64,000 nucleotides of DNA, taken from positions 62,001 to 126,000 of the forward strand of contig JAMDHS010000027.1 in NCBI GenBank assembly GCA_029717555.1. Reading direction: 5' to 3'. The notes under the pieces were generated by a model. The model saw only the letters and a program-made list of their open reading frames with translations, was not told where the DNA came from and ran no database searches. The position numbers were made by a program, and so were the translations under genes. Origin of the DNA: Peribolospora baueri. Its lineage: Eukaryota. This document shows, piece by piece, positions 38,033-50,103 of this stretch (position 1 is its first letter; each line of letters opens with the position of its first letter).

Positions 38033-38906
38033 TCGCCGTTTCTTCGTCTCCGTCTCCGTCCACGTCGCCTTACTCGGCCGGCGGATCGCCCTGGGCCATG
38101 CAAGCAATGCACCCGCCGATGTCGTGTGCGAGGTACTGCGGGCGATGCTACCCGAAGCCAGCGTCGCGGAAGGGCGGAGAGCGAGCGAGCGAGCGAGCGA
38201 GCGAGAGACAGAGAGACAGACGGACAGAGCGAGCTCGCCCGGCGTTGGGCTACTCGGGCGTGGCTTGGCTTGGCCGATGACGACGACGACGAGGAGGACG
38301 CCGAGGACGGTGATAACGGAAACGGACGGACGGATGACGACGGATAGTGATGCTGACCGACGTCCATCTTTCCCCACCGTCGACCAGCCTCGTACGCTTG
38401 AGCGCCAGCTCGTGTTCAGGTCTCCTCTCGCCCTCGCACTCGCCCTCGCCCTCCCCTCTCCGGCCGCCTTGAGCTTGACCGTCTCGCTCGGCGCCCGCCC
38501 TCCTCCCACCGCCCCCTCCCAGCACCACCACCCACACCCCTCACCTCCCACACACGTCCTCGGCCGTTCGCTCGCTTCGCCTCACCTCGCCAGGCCAAGC
38601 TGATCGCTGGACGTCGACCCCCACCCCCCCTCGCACTCGGACGGTCTCGCTCGCAGTGTCGCGTCCCTCTCTCTCCTTCTGTAATACTCGAACGGTACAC
38701 CTGCCGGGTTCCTTTTCGCCATCCTAGCTCGCCCCTCATCGACTCACATCAAAGAACAGCCGATAGCCCCGCCCCGTCTAAGGCCCGCTTTTATTCGAGA
38801 GCCAACGATCGCACCTATACAATCTATCCCAGCTATCGCCTCGAGGCGCCCTCCGTTCGGCGCGCCCAGCGCATCTGTCGACCATTCGCCTTCTCTTGCG
38901 CTCACC

Positions 38907-40953
38907 ATGACTTCCGTCGCCGTTTCCACTCCCGCATCCTTCACCCCCGCCTCTGCGTTCGAGTATAAGACGCCGGACCCGCGCATTTGCGACCCGTCCG
39001 ACGACCCTTTCTTCGGTCTCCGTGCCAACTTTGACGTATCCGACCTCAACCTCCTCGTCCACGCCGCTCCCATCGGCCTCTCTGCAGGCGGTGTCGGCCT
39101 GTCTGATTCCACCCCCTGTTCTGCTGCTGACGCCTGGCTTCCCACGCCTGTCGCCCTGGACCTTGTTCTCGGCCCAAACCCCTCTGGCGACGCGCTCATC
39201 GCTACCACCTTTAAACCCACCCTCGACGCTGTCGGCCCCGCCAGCCCGGCGAGCGACAGCGGCGCCTCCCAGTCTTTCGACGTCTCCAGAGAGGTCTCCG
39301 TCGCCGCCTCCTCTGCCCTCGCCATGTCTCCCGAGACCCCCTTGCGCAAGAGCCCCCGCAAGGTGCTCCGCTTCACTCCTTTCGCTGAGGACGCCCTTCT
39401 CACGCTCAAGGGCTTAGACCGCGACTTTCCCGACGACGCTCCTGGCGAGCCCAACGCCAAGTCGTCTGCCGGACGCAACCAGTCCGGCGTAGGCCCCGTA
39501 CGGACGAGGTCCGCGGCGGCGGCCGCTGCCGACGGCGGCAACGGTGGCACCAGCGGAGCCTCCGCTCCGTCTGGCCACCAGGCACGCACTCGCCCGTCTG
39601 GCTCGAGCAGGCCCAGCAGCGGTAACACCTCGGGTACCGGCGGCGGCTCTGGCTCTGGCTCCGGCTCCCGCTCTGGAGGCTCTGCCGGCGGGAGCGGCGA
39701 CGACGATCGTGACCGCGACGACAAGGACAAGCAGAGGCCCGAGAGGAGGAGCAATAACGCCGAGAAGAGGGCCAACCACAACGCGGTCGAGAGGGCCAGG
39801 AGGGAGAGTCTCAACACTCGGTTCCATGTTCGTGTCGTCCCGGCTCCATTGTCGTCTTTCCTTCGACCTTCACGCTTAACGCTCGCCGTCTCCTTTTCTG
39901 CACCCACAGGCTCTCGCTAAAGCTCTCCCCGGCCTGCATGACATCCGACGCCCCTCCAAGTCGGTCATCGTCAACAAGTCGCTCGAATTCATCAGGGCCG
40001 CCTATGCCCGCGACGTCGCTCACAACGTGCTCCAAAACGCCTTACGCCGCGAGTTCGACGACATGATTGCCGAGGTCAACATGTACCGCCGTGAGCGTGG
40101 CGCCGACGCCTACGACCGCCGTATCCGCCTCCCCGACGAGGCTGGCGGCGAGGGCACCATCCCACCCTGGGTGCCTGAACCGCCCGCCGGCTTCGACCCC
40201 ACCTCGGTCTTCGTCTCCGGCGGGCCCATGCCGTCGGCCATGTTCGGCGGCGTCGACCCCTTTGGCGCCGGCCGCTCCCCAACCGGCGCCGGCCACCCCG
40301 GCTTTTTCGACTTTGGCGCCGTCGATCAGGACGACGCGGACGATGCCGACGACAGCTTCGAAATGGACTCGGAAGTGCCCGGGACGAGCGCTCAGCGGGC
40401 GATCGTTCACGGCCTCCCTGGCAACCTGTCCGCCTTTCCCACCTCTTCCATTGTCTCGGGCCTAGGCCTCTCCGCCCAAGGCCACCAGCAGCAGCAGCAG
40501 CATCAGCATCAGCAACACCAGCAGCAGCACCAGCATCATCACGCCAGCCTGCTCTCCGCGGCAAACCCGTTCGCGTCGCCTCAGTCTCTGCAGACGCCTC
40601 TGCAGACACCTCTCATGACCGGTACGCCCATCCTCGGCGCACATGGCCACCTCTCCGTCTCGTCGAGCCCGGGCGCCGGGAGCGGTCAGTACGCACTCTC
40701 GTCGAGCCCGGCGCCGATCGACCCGCTCCAACAGACGCAGACGCCGATGCCCTCTTCCGTCGGCTCGGCCAGTGTGATGTATCCGCACTACCTGCCCGTG
40801 TCGCCGCACGGCGCCTATAGCGTTGCCGCCCACCATCACCAGCAGCAGCAGCAGGTCCAACAACGACCAACGAGCTCGCGGCAGTCGAGTCAGCAGAACG
40901 TCAGCTTCACTTACCAGGACCTGCTCGACGCCGGCCTCGGAGGTGGCGTTTAA
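38907..40953 (+). CDS. bHLH transcription factor; exons 38907-39827, 39910-40953
   Basis: Splicing yields KRANHNAVERARRESLNTRFH|ALAKALPGLHDIRRPSKSVIVNKSLEFIR, with the H-E-R basic residues of E-box binders. Followed by a helical segment and a Q/H-rich C-terminus. Confidence 0.9.
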
Positions 40954-42094
40954 TCCTAAAACGTCTGTCCACCAGTGCCCTCCCCCTTCGTCCTATACCC
41001 TCGGCCCTTTTTTTTTTTTTTTTTTTGTCTTTCTCACCCATCCGGTTCCTGGGCGCTCTTTGAAGAAGACATCTTCCCTCGCATACCTCGTCGTTCTCTC
41101 TCACCGTCCGATTCCCATCCTATTACCATTTCCTTGTATTCCAATCACCCCGACCCGCTCTCGCTCACGACATCGTGTGGATACCCTACCTACACCCCCC
41201 GCTGAAAGCGTCGTTCCGCCTTTGTCCTCACTTTGGTCTTCCTTCGTGTCTTCTTTTTGCCTTCTGTGGATGTCTTTTGGCCTCTGAAAGGCTCTTTTCC
41301 CGTTTCTCTTCCCAGCCCGGCCTTTTATGATTTTCCTTTCATTTGGTCTTTTTTTTTTTTCCATTTCCGCCCCTTCGTCTCCTCCGTCTCCTCCCTCTTT
41401 TCTGTCTCGCTAGGCTGGCCCATGCTCCCGCGCTCAAGTTCAAGTCGATGATGGCTGTCGTCTCTGTATCTCTCTCATCTCTCTCTTTTCCCTCCGCCTT
41501 TTCCTTGCGCCCAGTCCGGCCGTGCCCTCCCTGCCCTTGCCGTGTAGTTCGTTCGCTTATCGTCTGCTCGTCCAAGGGCGCTGAAAGGAATCCATCGAAT
41601 CGAATCGAAGCTACGGCGGCGATGTCCGGCTTGTCCAGTTTGTCCGAAGCGTCCCAATGATCCGTCGTTCGTCCGTCCATTGTGTGATCTGCGATCAACT
41701 GAGAGGAGCCGAAGGAAGGGAAGGTGCCGGGCAGCTAGCTTGCTTTCACTTTCTTCCTTCTTTCCCTTCTTTCTCCCCGCTCGCTCCCACGTCAGCTGCT
41801 AGACTGACTGACCTCGACGAACGAACGAACGAACGAACGCTGGACAGCTCGATCGATGCTCTTCCCCTCCTCCGCTCGTCTCACACGCCCTTCCTTCGCC
41901 CGTGTCTTCTTCCCCTCGCGTGTCACTTCCCCGTACACCACCGCCTCCATCCACAATCTTGTCCTCCGTCGCCCCACCACCACTACCACTACCACTACCG
42001 CCACCGCCGACTTCGCCCGCTCCACCGACACAGCAAAGGTGCGCTCGCTCGCTCCCTTGACTCGTCTTTGTCTTTGACCGGGAACCGCCGTCGG

Positions 42095-45000
42095 ATGCCG
42101 CATGTCGCGCGTCCCTTGCCTTGCTTGTCCTGGACATTGCTCATCGCCGCCCTCGTCGCCCTCTTCGCCTTCCTCGCCTCCCATCCTCCTTCCCTCGTCA
42201 CTCAGCTCCGTCCCCTTTCTCATCTAGGGACACGCTCGACGACCACCGCACGCCGCTTCTCCTCCCTCGCCGCCATGTCCGCCCCCGCCCCCGCCCCCAC
42301 GTCTTCCCACGTTCCCGCAGATGCAAGTTCAGATGGAAAGGACGACCCCTTCCGCCTTCCAAAGCATGTCAGGCCGGTACACTATGATTTGACGGTCAAG
42401 ACGGATTTGGAGAACCTTAAGTATGATGGGTTTGTTGAGATTGAGTGAGTGGGCGAGCGTCTTTCCTCGGTCTCCGCACCGTCTCATGCCGCCCGCACCG
42501 TCTCACGCCGCCGTGCATCGATCGTGTGTGTCGTCGTCGTGGTCGCCGGTCGCCGCTTCGTTCAGCATCGACATCCTCCAGCCCACCTCGACGATCGTCC
42601 TCAACGCCGCATCGCCGCTCCGCGTGACGGCCGCAAGGGTGTCCAGCACGGCGCTCAAGACGGACCAGACGATGAACGTCGAGGTCGTGTCAGATAAACA
42701 GCGCGAGCGCGTCACTCTGTCTTTACCCCCTGGTACGCTCCTTCACCCTGGCTCCAAGGCCAAGGTGTGGGCGTCGTACGAGGCCGAGCTGACCAAGGAT
42801 ATCATGGGTGAGTGATGAGTGGGCGCACAGGACTGGACGGCCGGGCAGGGTGTTGGGTGTAAGAGAGCGCGGCGCCAGCCTTTATTCTTCTCCTTTCCCC
42901 CGCGCCCCTTCCGCAGGCTATTACCGGTCGACGTGGGAGCACGAGAGCAAGAAAGGGTGGATGGCCATCACCCAGTTCGAGCCCACCGCTGCCCGGCGCG
43001 CGTTCCCTTGCTGGGACGAGCCGGAGCTCAAGGCCACCTTTGAGATTACCATGATACACAAGAAGGTCAGTCCCCCCGCATTCTTCCCGCCCCGTCAGCG
43101 CCCACGTTGAAGCTCCATCCTCTTCCCTCCTTCCCCTTTTTTCAGGACACCGTGGCCCTGTCCAACACGCCCGCTGTATCCTCAGCCCCACTGTCCACCG
43201 CTCAAGGTCAGAGCTTGCTCAAGACCGAGGGCAAGACCGAGGGCAAGACCGAGAAGGGCACCGCAGAGGACTCGGATTGGGTCGTGACAAAGTATGAGCG
43301 TACGCCCAAGATGAGCACCTACCTTGTTGCTTATGCCAATGGTAAGTTTGCTATGAATGAAGGACTGGTGGGGTGGCCTGGGACGCTGATTCGCTTTCTC
43401 CCTTTGCCCTCCTCCTTCTCCCCTCAGGCCCGTTCAAGCATCTCGAAAGCTCGTTTACCAGCCCGCTCACCGGCAAGCAGGTGCCGATTCGCTTTTACGG
43501 TGAGTCCACCCCCCTTTTCCTCGTCGTCGCCCGTTCCGCACTCATCCCCGTCCGGCCCGCTCGCAGCCACGCCCGAGTACATCCACCAGGGCCACTTCGC
43601 CCTCGAGGTTACTGCAAAGATCATGCCGGTGCTCGAAAAGATCTTTGACATTCCTTACCCGCTCGCCAAGCTCGATACGCTCGTCGCGTCCGACTTTGAC
43701 GCCGGCGCGATGGAGAACTGGGGCCTCATCACTGGTCGAGCCTCCATCTACCTCTACGACCCTGAAAAGTCCGGCTTGGCGGCCAAGAAAGCGACCGCTG
43801 GCGTGCAGTCTCACGAGTGCAGCCACATGTGGTTCGGTGAGTGCTTTTTTTGTCATTCGGCACCGGCCCCGCCTGACGTGCCGCGCTGTCCTTTCTTGAA
43901 AAAAAAAAAAAGGCAATATCGTCACCATGAATTGGTGGGAGCAGTTGTGGCTCAACGAAAGGTGAGACGACGCGGTCCGATCGTCGTCTTTGCCGTCGTT
44001 GCTCACGAATCTGCGTTCCCGCCCTTCTCCAGCTTTGCCACTCTCATGGGCGAGGTGATCGTACTGGACCGGATCTTCCCCGAGTGGAAGTCTTCGTCCG
44101 AGTTTATCGTTCACCACCTCGACCGCGCCCTCGACCTTGACTCGAAGCGGAGCAGTCACCCTATCGAGGTGCCTCTTGAGGGCGAGAACGTTGAGGATGC
44201 TATCAACCAGGTCTTTGACGCCATCAGCTACAGTCTGTAATCCTCCTCTCTCCTCTTTCTGTCGCGAACTACGTGAGCTGACGACCGCGCACATCTCGCA
44301 TGCAGGCAAGGGCGCGTCGGTGCTGCGCATGCTCAGCAACCAGCTCGGCCAGGAGACCTTCCTGAAGGGCGTCAGCATCTACCTCAAGAAGCACCTCTAC
44401 GGTAACGCCGTGTCCACCGATCTCTGGAACGGCATCTCCGAGGCGAGCGGGCTCGACGTTGCCAAGATTATGAAGAACTGGACGCTCAAGGTGAGTTCCC
44501 CCTGGCGCGACCCTAACCATCGATGGGAAATCTCATCAGCCCTCCGTCTCCTTTGATCGCAGGTTGGTTTCCCCGTCGTGACGGTCACGGAGGAGGAGGA
44601 CGGCCTTCGCATCCGTCAGAATCGGTTCCTTAGCACCGGCGATCTCAGGCCGGAAGAGAATACCACGCTCTGGTACGTCCCTCTCGAGCTCAAGACCGTT
44701 GGGCCCAACGGCCCGGTCGTCCAACACGATGCCGTCCTGGACGAGGAGCGGGAAAAGTTCCTGCCGCTCCCCAACGCCAAGCAGGCCACCTTTAAGCTCA
44801 ACGCGGAGACGACGGGCGTGTATCGCGTGGCCTACACGCCCGAGCGCCTCTCCAAGCTGGGCGAAGAGGCGGCCAAGCCGGACTCTGCGTTCACCGTCGA
44901 CGACCGTCTCGGCCTCGTCTCCGATGCCGTGACGCTCGCCCAGAGCGGCTACTCCAAGACTAGCGGCGCGCTCAACCTGATCGACAAGCTCAAGGGCGAC

Positions 45001-45950
45001 GACGCCTATTTGGTGAAGAGCGCCATCAGCGGTCACATGGCCTCGCTCGTCAGCGTCTGGTGGGAGCAGCCCGACCAAGGTGAGTGACCCCGCCGTTTCG
45101 AGCCCAAGCCGAACGATTCGATCGATCGATCGATCGGAGCTGTCTACTGAAAACGCTTTCGAACCGTAGTGCGATCCTCCATCAACGCCTTCCGCCGGGA
45201 CATCTTCGGACCGCTCGCTGAAAAGCTCGGCTTCGAGGTCGGAAAGGACGACGACGCAGAGCTCCGTCAGCTTCGCTCCGCTACCATCGCCGCCGCAGCC
45301 GCCGCGGGCCACGAGCCGTGAGTAAGGAACCTGAACGTGGTCGTTGGGCCTCTTTCTCCGGCGACGCTTTAGGCCGCCGCGTCACTCACGTCGGCTTCCC
45401 TCCTGTCCTTCGGTCACACAGGACCCTTCGCGAGATTCAGAGGCGGTTCAAGTTGTTTATGGAAGGCGACCAGTCGGCGGTGCCGGGTGACCTTCTCAGG
45501 TGCGTCCCACGTCCTCCTCCCGCCTTCTGTCTGTCCGCCCGTCCGTCCGTCCGTCTTTTAATCCCGGTCGCTGAGATTTGTCGGGACCCTTCTCCAGGAC
45601 CATCTTTGTCGAGTCTGCCAAGCACGGCGGCGAGAAGGAGTACGACTTCCTCCTCTCCGTGATCGGCAAGCCTGCGACGCAACAGCAGAAGGTCCTTGCC
45701 ATGCTGGCGCTCGGATGGACGCAGGATGAGGCGCTCATTGGTGGGTACGAGCGAGGGAAATGAAGCCAGTCGTCTTGTCCCCCCCTTCCCCCGCCCGGCC
45801 TGCTGACCGAATCGAGTCGTGTCGTGCATGCGTATGGGACGTTTGGACAGAGCGGACGCTCAAGTACACCTTCAGCGACGAGGTCAAGGAGCAAGACTTG
45901 ATGTACTTCTTCGCCTCGCTCGCCGCCAAGTGAGCACGCTGGACGTTGTG

Positions 45951-45981
<31 letters not shown>

Positions 45982-46121
45982 GCCGTCACAGCGATCAATC
46001 CCACAGCTCGCTCGTCTCGTCCCCCATCCCCTCCCCGTCTTCCCATAGTCATGCCTCAGCTCTCCCAAGCATATTGCATCAACTGAAGAACTTTTCAACC
46101 AGCAAGTCTGTTCGCTCTTAA
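42095..46121 (+). CDS. APE2: M1 family zinc aminopeptidase (Ape2/puromycin-sensitive type), apparently 3'-truncated
   Basis: RLPKHVRPVHYDL, TQFEPTAARRAFPCWDEP, GAMENWG, HECSHMWFG...WLNE (HExxH-18x-E), FDAISYSKG, and the ERAP1_C region. Similarity stops after QDLMYFFASLAA|NHAS at about 46058, followed by a short unrelated tail and TAA. Confidence 0.9.
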
Positions 46122-47110
46122 GAGCAATGGGAAGCCTTATGGCTCTTGCAATCTTCACAACAACAGGCCTCAGAAGTTCCTTTCTCTTCCAACACATGAT
46201 CTGGACGCATGCAACAGCTCTGAAGAGTCAACAGAAGATGGCTGGTTCGACAAGCACTCAATTCACCGGCCTGAAATGGTAGATGAAGTTGAGAAAGAGT
46301 TGGGAGAAGGAGATAGTGAATATGAAGCGGGAGACGCTGTCTCAGTAGAGGAAAATGGGAAAGAAAACAAAGCGCAGCACAAAAAGTGAGGGACTTCGCG
46401 CTTTGGCTGGTAGCACAAGCAGACAACCAAGACGAACGCTTTGTGGGAGGGGATGTGTTTGGCTCCATCAAGGCAGGCTTGGAATCAATGGAGAAAACGG
46501 AGAAAGAAAGAGCGCTGCATCTTCCTCCTACCTCTTCACGGTAGAGCACGCTTTTTCATGATCCCAGTCTCTAGCCAAAAAAATGATCATTAATGTAAAA
46601 AAAAAAAATACGCCGGCAATGGTGAGGCTTGTGAATGCACTTCATGAGGAAGAGGATTCAACAAAAAAGGCTTAAAATGGACTGATGCAAACTGAGATAA
46701 AAAGATTGAGATACAGAGGTTGAGAAAAAGTGGTTGAAATGAAGAGGTTGAGATGAAGATGTTGAGATGGGACTTAATGTGAGGTGAGGATGGGACGTAG
46801 TGATGTGCACGAACCAAATGATCAGCTGCGGCCTGTATCCCTGGATTCGTGCTCTTTTATGTGATTGCGCTACGGCGTTTTTTGGTTGCCCTGTAACACA
46901 GGGTGTGCGGACAGGAGTGCACGTGAGACAGGGCACGGCCCTCCCGTCCCTGGACCAAGCGAGACCGCCTCCCGCACCAGAACGGTTCAAGGTTGGAGAG
47001 CTACGGCAGAACTACGTCTTCCTGTTCCCCCTTTCCTATGCGTAAATAATGGCTTGCCAAGCTTTCCAAAGAAGCCAAGCTTGCCCTCCTCCGTCAACGC
47101 CAGGCCGTTG
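46058..47110. mobile_element. AT-richer, CpG-depleted foreign-looking segment (degenerate TE or repeat relic, or an assembly junction); boundaries approximate
   Basis: Abrupt compositional change where aminopeptidase similarity ends. No CpG between about 46616 and 46795, with many TG/CA dinucleotides, in an otherwise CpG-rich window. No transposase or RT motif recognised. Confidence 0.4.
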
Positions 47111-47421
47111 GCAGTCACGCTCGGCTAATTCGGGACGGTGATCGCTGCTGCGGCGTATCGCGGATGGACACCGGCCGGGAGAAGGGTTGAGGCGGACGAG
47201 TGCGGGGGGTGAACCGAAGGTGAATGCTTGCCGGGTTCACTTTCACCCCGAACGAACGGAAATCGGATGGCCAAAGTCGTCCCCCGATTCTCTCTGGCCG
47301 GTTCATCTCCCTCACGTCCTCCGATTCTCTCCAGCCGATCCATCTCCCTCCACCCGCACCACCACACCCTTTCCTCCCACTTCCACCCCAGTCAGCCTCT
47401 CTTGCTCCACGGCACAGCACC

Positions 47422-49479
47422 ATGTCCTTCCGCGCCTCTCCCGTCGTCCGCTCTGGACTTCAGAATATCCTCAAGAAGCGGCCTGATGATGTCGTCTTCG
47501 TCACCGCCCTTCGCACGCCTATCGCAAGAATAAAGAAGGGTTTCAAGGATGTGTGAGTTCACTCAGCGGCGCACCCGGCAATTGGGTTGCGAAGAATGTT
47601 AAGGAGATCTGGGATAAGTGACGTATTTCGCATTTCTGACCGTTGCAAAACGATCTTGAATTTTTATTGTTTTCTGTTTGTGCATTCGACAGGGTGAGTG
47701 GCTTTCTTATTTAGAGCTCGCGCTCGCCGGCTTCGCATTCTGGAAGGCCGCGTTTCTGAACGTCCCCATGCTTCACTTATCCTTGTCTTCCTACGTATCA
47801 GTACCCAGAGGAGCTTCTTGTGCACGTCTTGCGTGAGACGAGGCTTCGCCTCGAGTCCCAAGGCGTGAACCCTCAACTGATCGAGGACATTGCTACCGGT
47901 ACGGTGCTAATGGAGCTCGGCGGCGCAAAGTCCGGCAGGATGGCCGCTCTGCACGCCGGCATGCCCATCACTTCTGCATACCGCTCTGTAAACCGCCAAT
48001 GCAGCTCAAGCTTGCAGACCATCACCGACATTGCACAGAGCATCATATCCGGTTCGATTGACGTTGGCGTGGCTGCTGGCGTGGAGAGCATGACCCGAAA
48101 CTACGGCGTGAGTGGTCCTAACCTCCCCTCTTTCTTTCAATTCTCTCATCCCTTCGAAGCAAAACTAGTGATTTGATTTTTTCCGTCATGGCTAACTGTT
48201 TGTGTTTCGTCTACCCCTCCTAAATGGCTCCTCAGACGCGTGCCATTCCTGTAGACCTGTCGCCTACTCTGAAGAACAGCCCGAATGAGCACGCTCGCGA
48301 CTGCATCCTTCCCATGGGCATCACGAGCGAGGCTGTGGCTGAGAAGTGAGCTTTTCCTTTCCATCCTTTCAGAAAAATGGTGGTGATCTCCCGCACGCAA
48401 CTCGAATGCGTTTTGCCTTCACATCGCGCCTCTTTGAAGGACAAAGAGCTGACGTGCTCGTTTCTTTTCGTCCATTTCGTCCCCTGTCGCCAAAAGATAT
48501 GATGTAGGCCGCGAGCGCCAGGACGAGTTTGCGCTGCAGTCGCACCTCAAGGCTTCAGCGGCACAAAAAGACGGCCGATTGGCCTCGGAGATCGTACCGA
48601 TCAAAGTACGGCACATCGCCGAGGACGGCACGGAAAGCGAAAAGCTGGTTGAGCTTGACGAAGGCATTCGACACACCATTTCGCTCGAGAAGCTCTCTCA
48701 GCTCAAGCCGGTCTTTAAGGAGACCGGTGCGAGCACCGCAGGCAACTCGAGCCAGGTCAGCGACGGTGCTGTCGCTCTTACAATGGCCAGGAGGAGCGTT
48801 GCGGAGAGAGAAGGCATGCAGATCCTTGGCAAGTGGGTCGGTGCCGTTACGGTTGGCGTCGAGCCCAAGTTGATGGGTGAGTCTTTTCACGTCCTCAGTG
48901 TTGGCGTGCTGACGCAATCGGCAAGTGAGAGAGCATTGTCTAAAGACATGTACTTGACATCCCATTTTAGGCATCGGCCCCGCCTATGCGACCCCGAAGT
49001 TGCTCCAGCGCTACCAGCTCGGAGTGAAGGACGTGGACTTTTACGAGTTGAATGAAGGTACGTATCCTTTCTTTTGATGGCAAGCTTTGTACGCGAACCG
49101 CCGTACGCGCTCGACTTATCTTTGTTCTCCCTCTTCCTTAGCCTTTGCGAGCCAGTCGCTAATGACGATTGACCATGTCGGTCTTCCGATGGATAGGGTC
49201 AATCCGAAAGGCGGAGCCATTGCGCTTGGGTAAGTGTTCCTTCGTGCCTCGTCGCTGCAACCAGTCTCCCTCCAGACTCTAATAAAGCTTTTTTTTTCTG
49301 TGTACCCCCCCGTCGTCCCCTTTTCTCTTTTCCTTAGACATCCTCTTGGCGCGACCGGCGGTCGTCTTGTCACGTCGCTCCTTACCGAGCTCCGCCGTAC
49401 CGGCAAGGACGTCGGCGTCGCGACTCTTTGCTGTGGAACCGGGTACGGCAAAGCGTCTCTCGTCGTCGCCGAGCTCTAA
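47422..49479 (+). CDS. 3-ketoacyl-CoA thiolase, probably mitochondrial (MthA-like), with a probable 1-nt exon at 47693
   Basis: DDVVFVTALRTPI, FKD(V)YPEELL, catalytic NRQCSS, GVESMT, STAGNSSQVSDG, NEAFASQ, GGAIALGHPLGATG and LCCGTG. Arg/Ser-rich N-terminus MSFRASPVVRSG; no PTS1 or PTS2. Confidence 0.93.
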
Positions 49480-50103
49480 GGAACTCGAGTCGTCCGAGGC
49501 CGGACCACGGTGGAGTTTTGGTTCAGCATTCCCAGAGGTGCCAGCCTCCCAACCTTTTTTTTTATTGTCGTTGGGAAGCCGTTCGTTTTGCGCTTATCGA
49601 AGAGAACAATGTGGGCTTGGCCGGGTTTGCTTTTGTATCTTGCCGTGGGTTTCGGTGGAATTGACTTCCAGAGGTACAAGTACAAGTGCTCCCCCCATTC
49701 TTAACTCTATCCGACACAATAACGACCCCATGGGGACGTGTGCGGCACCATTTAGACTCCAAGGATCGAACAAAGACGAGAGCGAGAGGGAAAAATCCAA
49801 GGAAAGATGGAGCACACGGAAATCGTGAAGAAATGGCGGTGCGGACCCGCTTATAACATATCGTCCCTTTTTTTGGAGTCGTAGTGTAGTGTCCGAGCGG
49901 CCAGAGCTTGTAATAGGCTGTTCATACCAGATGGATGGATCGGCAGAGACGGTCTGAGACGACGAGCTGTGTCCAGTCATATCTGCAAGACGGGGAGGGA
50001 AGCGTGCGTGTATACTCTTTTTTTTTCTTCTTTACGAAACGCCACGGACAGGGGAGCCGTCGATTGCTCGCAGGTTGTCCATCAGCAGGGTTAGGATTCC
50101 CAT

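Noticed and set aside
35232..38739. Numerous 100-260 aa ORFs upstream of the bHLH gene
   Set aside because: They are translations of microsatellites and purine or pyrimidine tracts with no coding signature.
43221..43259. 12-bp tandem repeat encoding KTEGKTEGKTEKG in the aminopeptidase
   Set aside because: An in-frame slippage in a variable loop; too short to imply a separate element.
46892..46900. TGTAACACA as a possible LTR terminus
   Set aside because: I found no partner LTR, primer-binding site, polypurine tract or target-site duplication.
47205..47249. Imperfect hairpin GGGGTGAA...TTCACCCC upstream of the thiolase as a possible ncRNA or tRNA
   Set aside because: Short stem with no cloverleaf or A/B boxes; compatible with chance or a promoter site.
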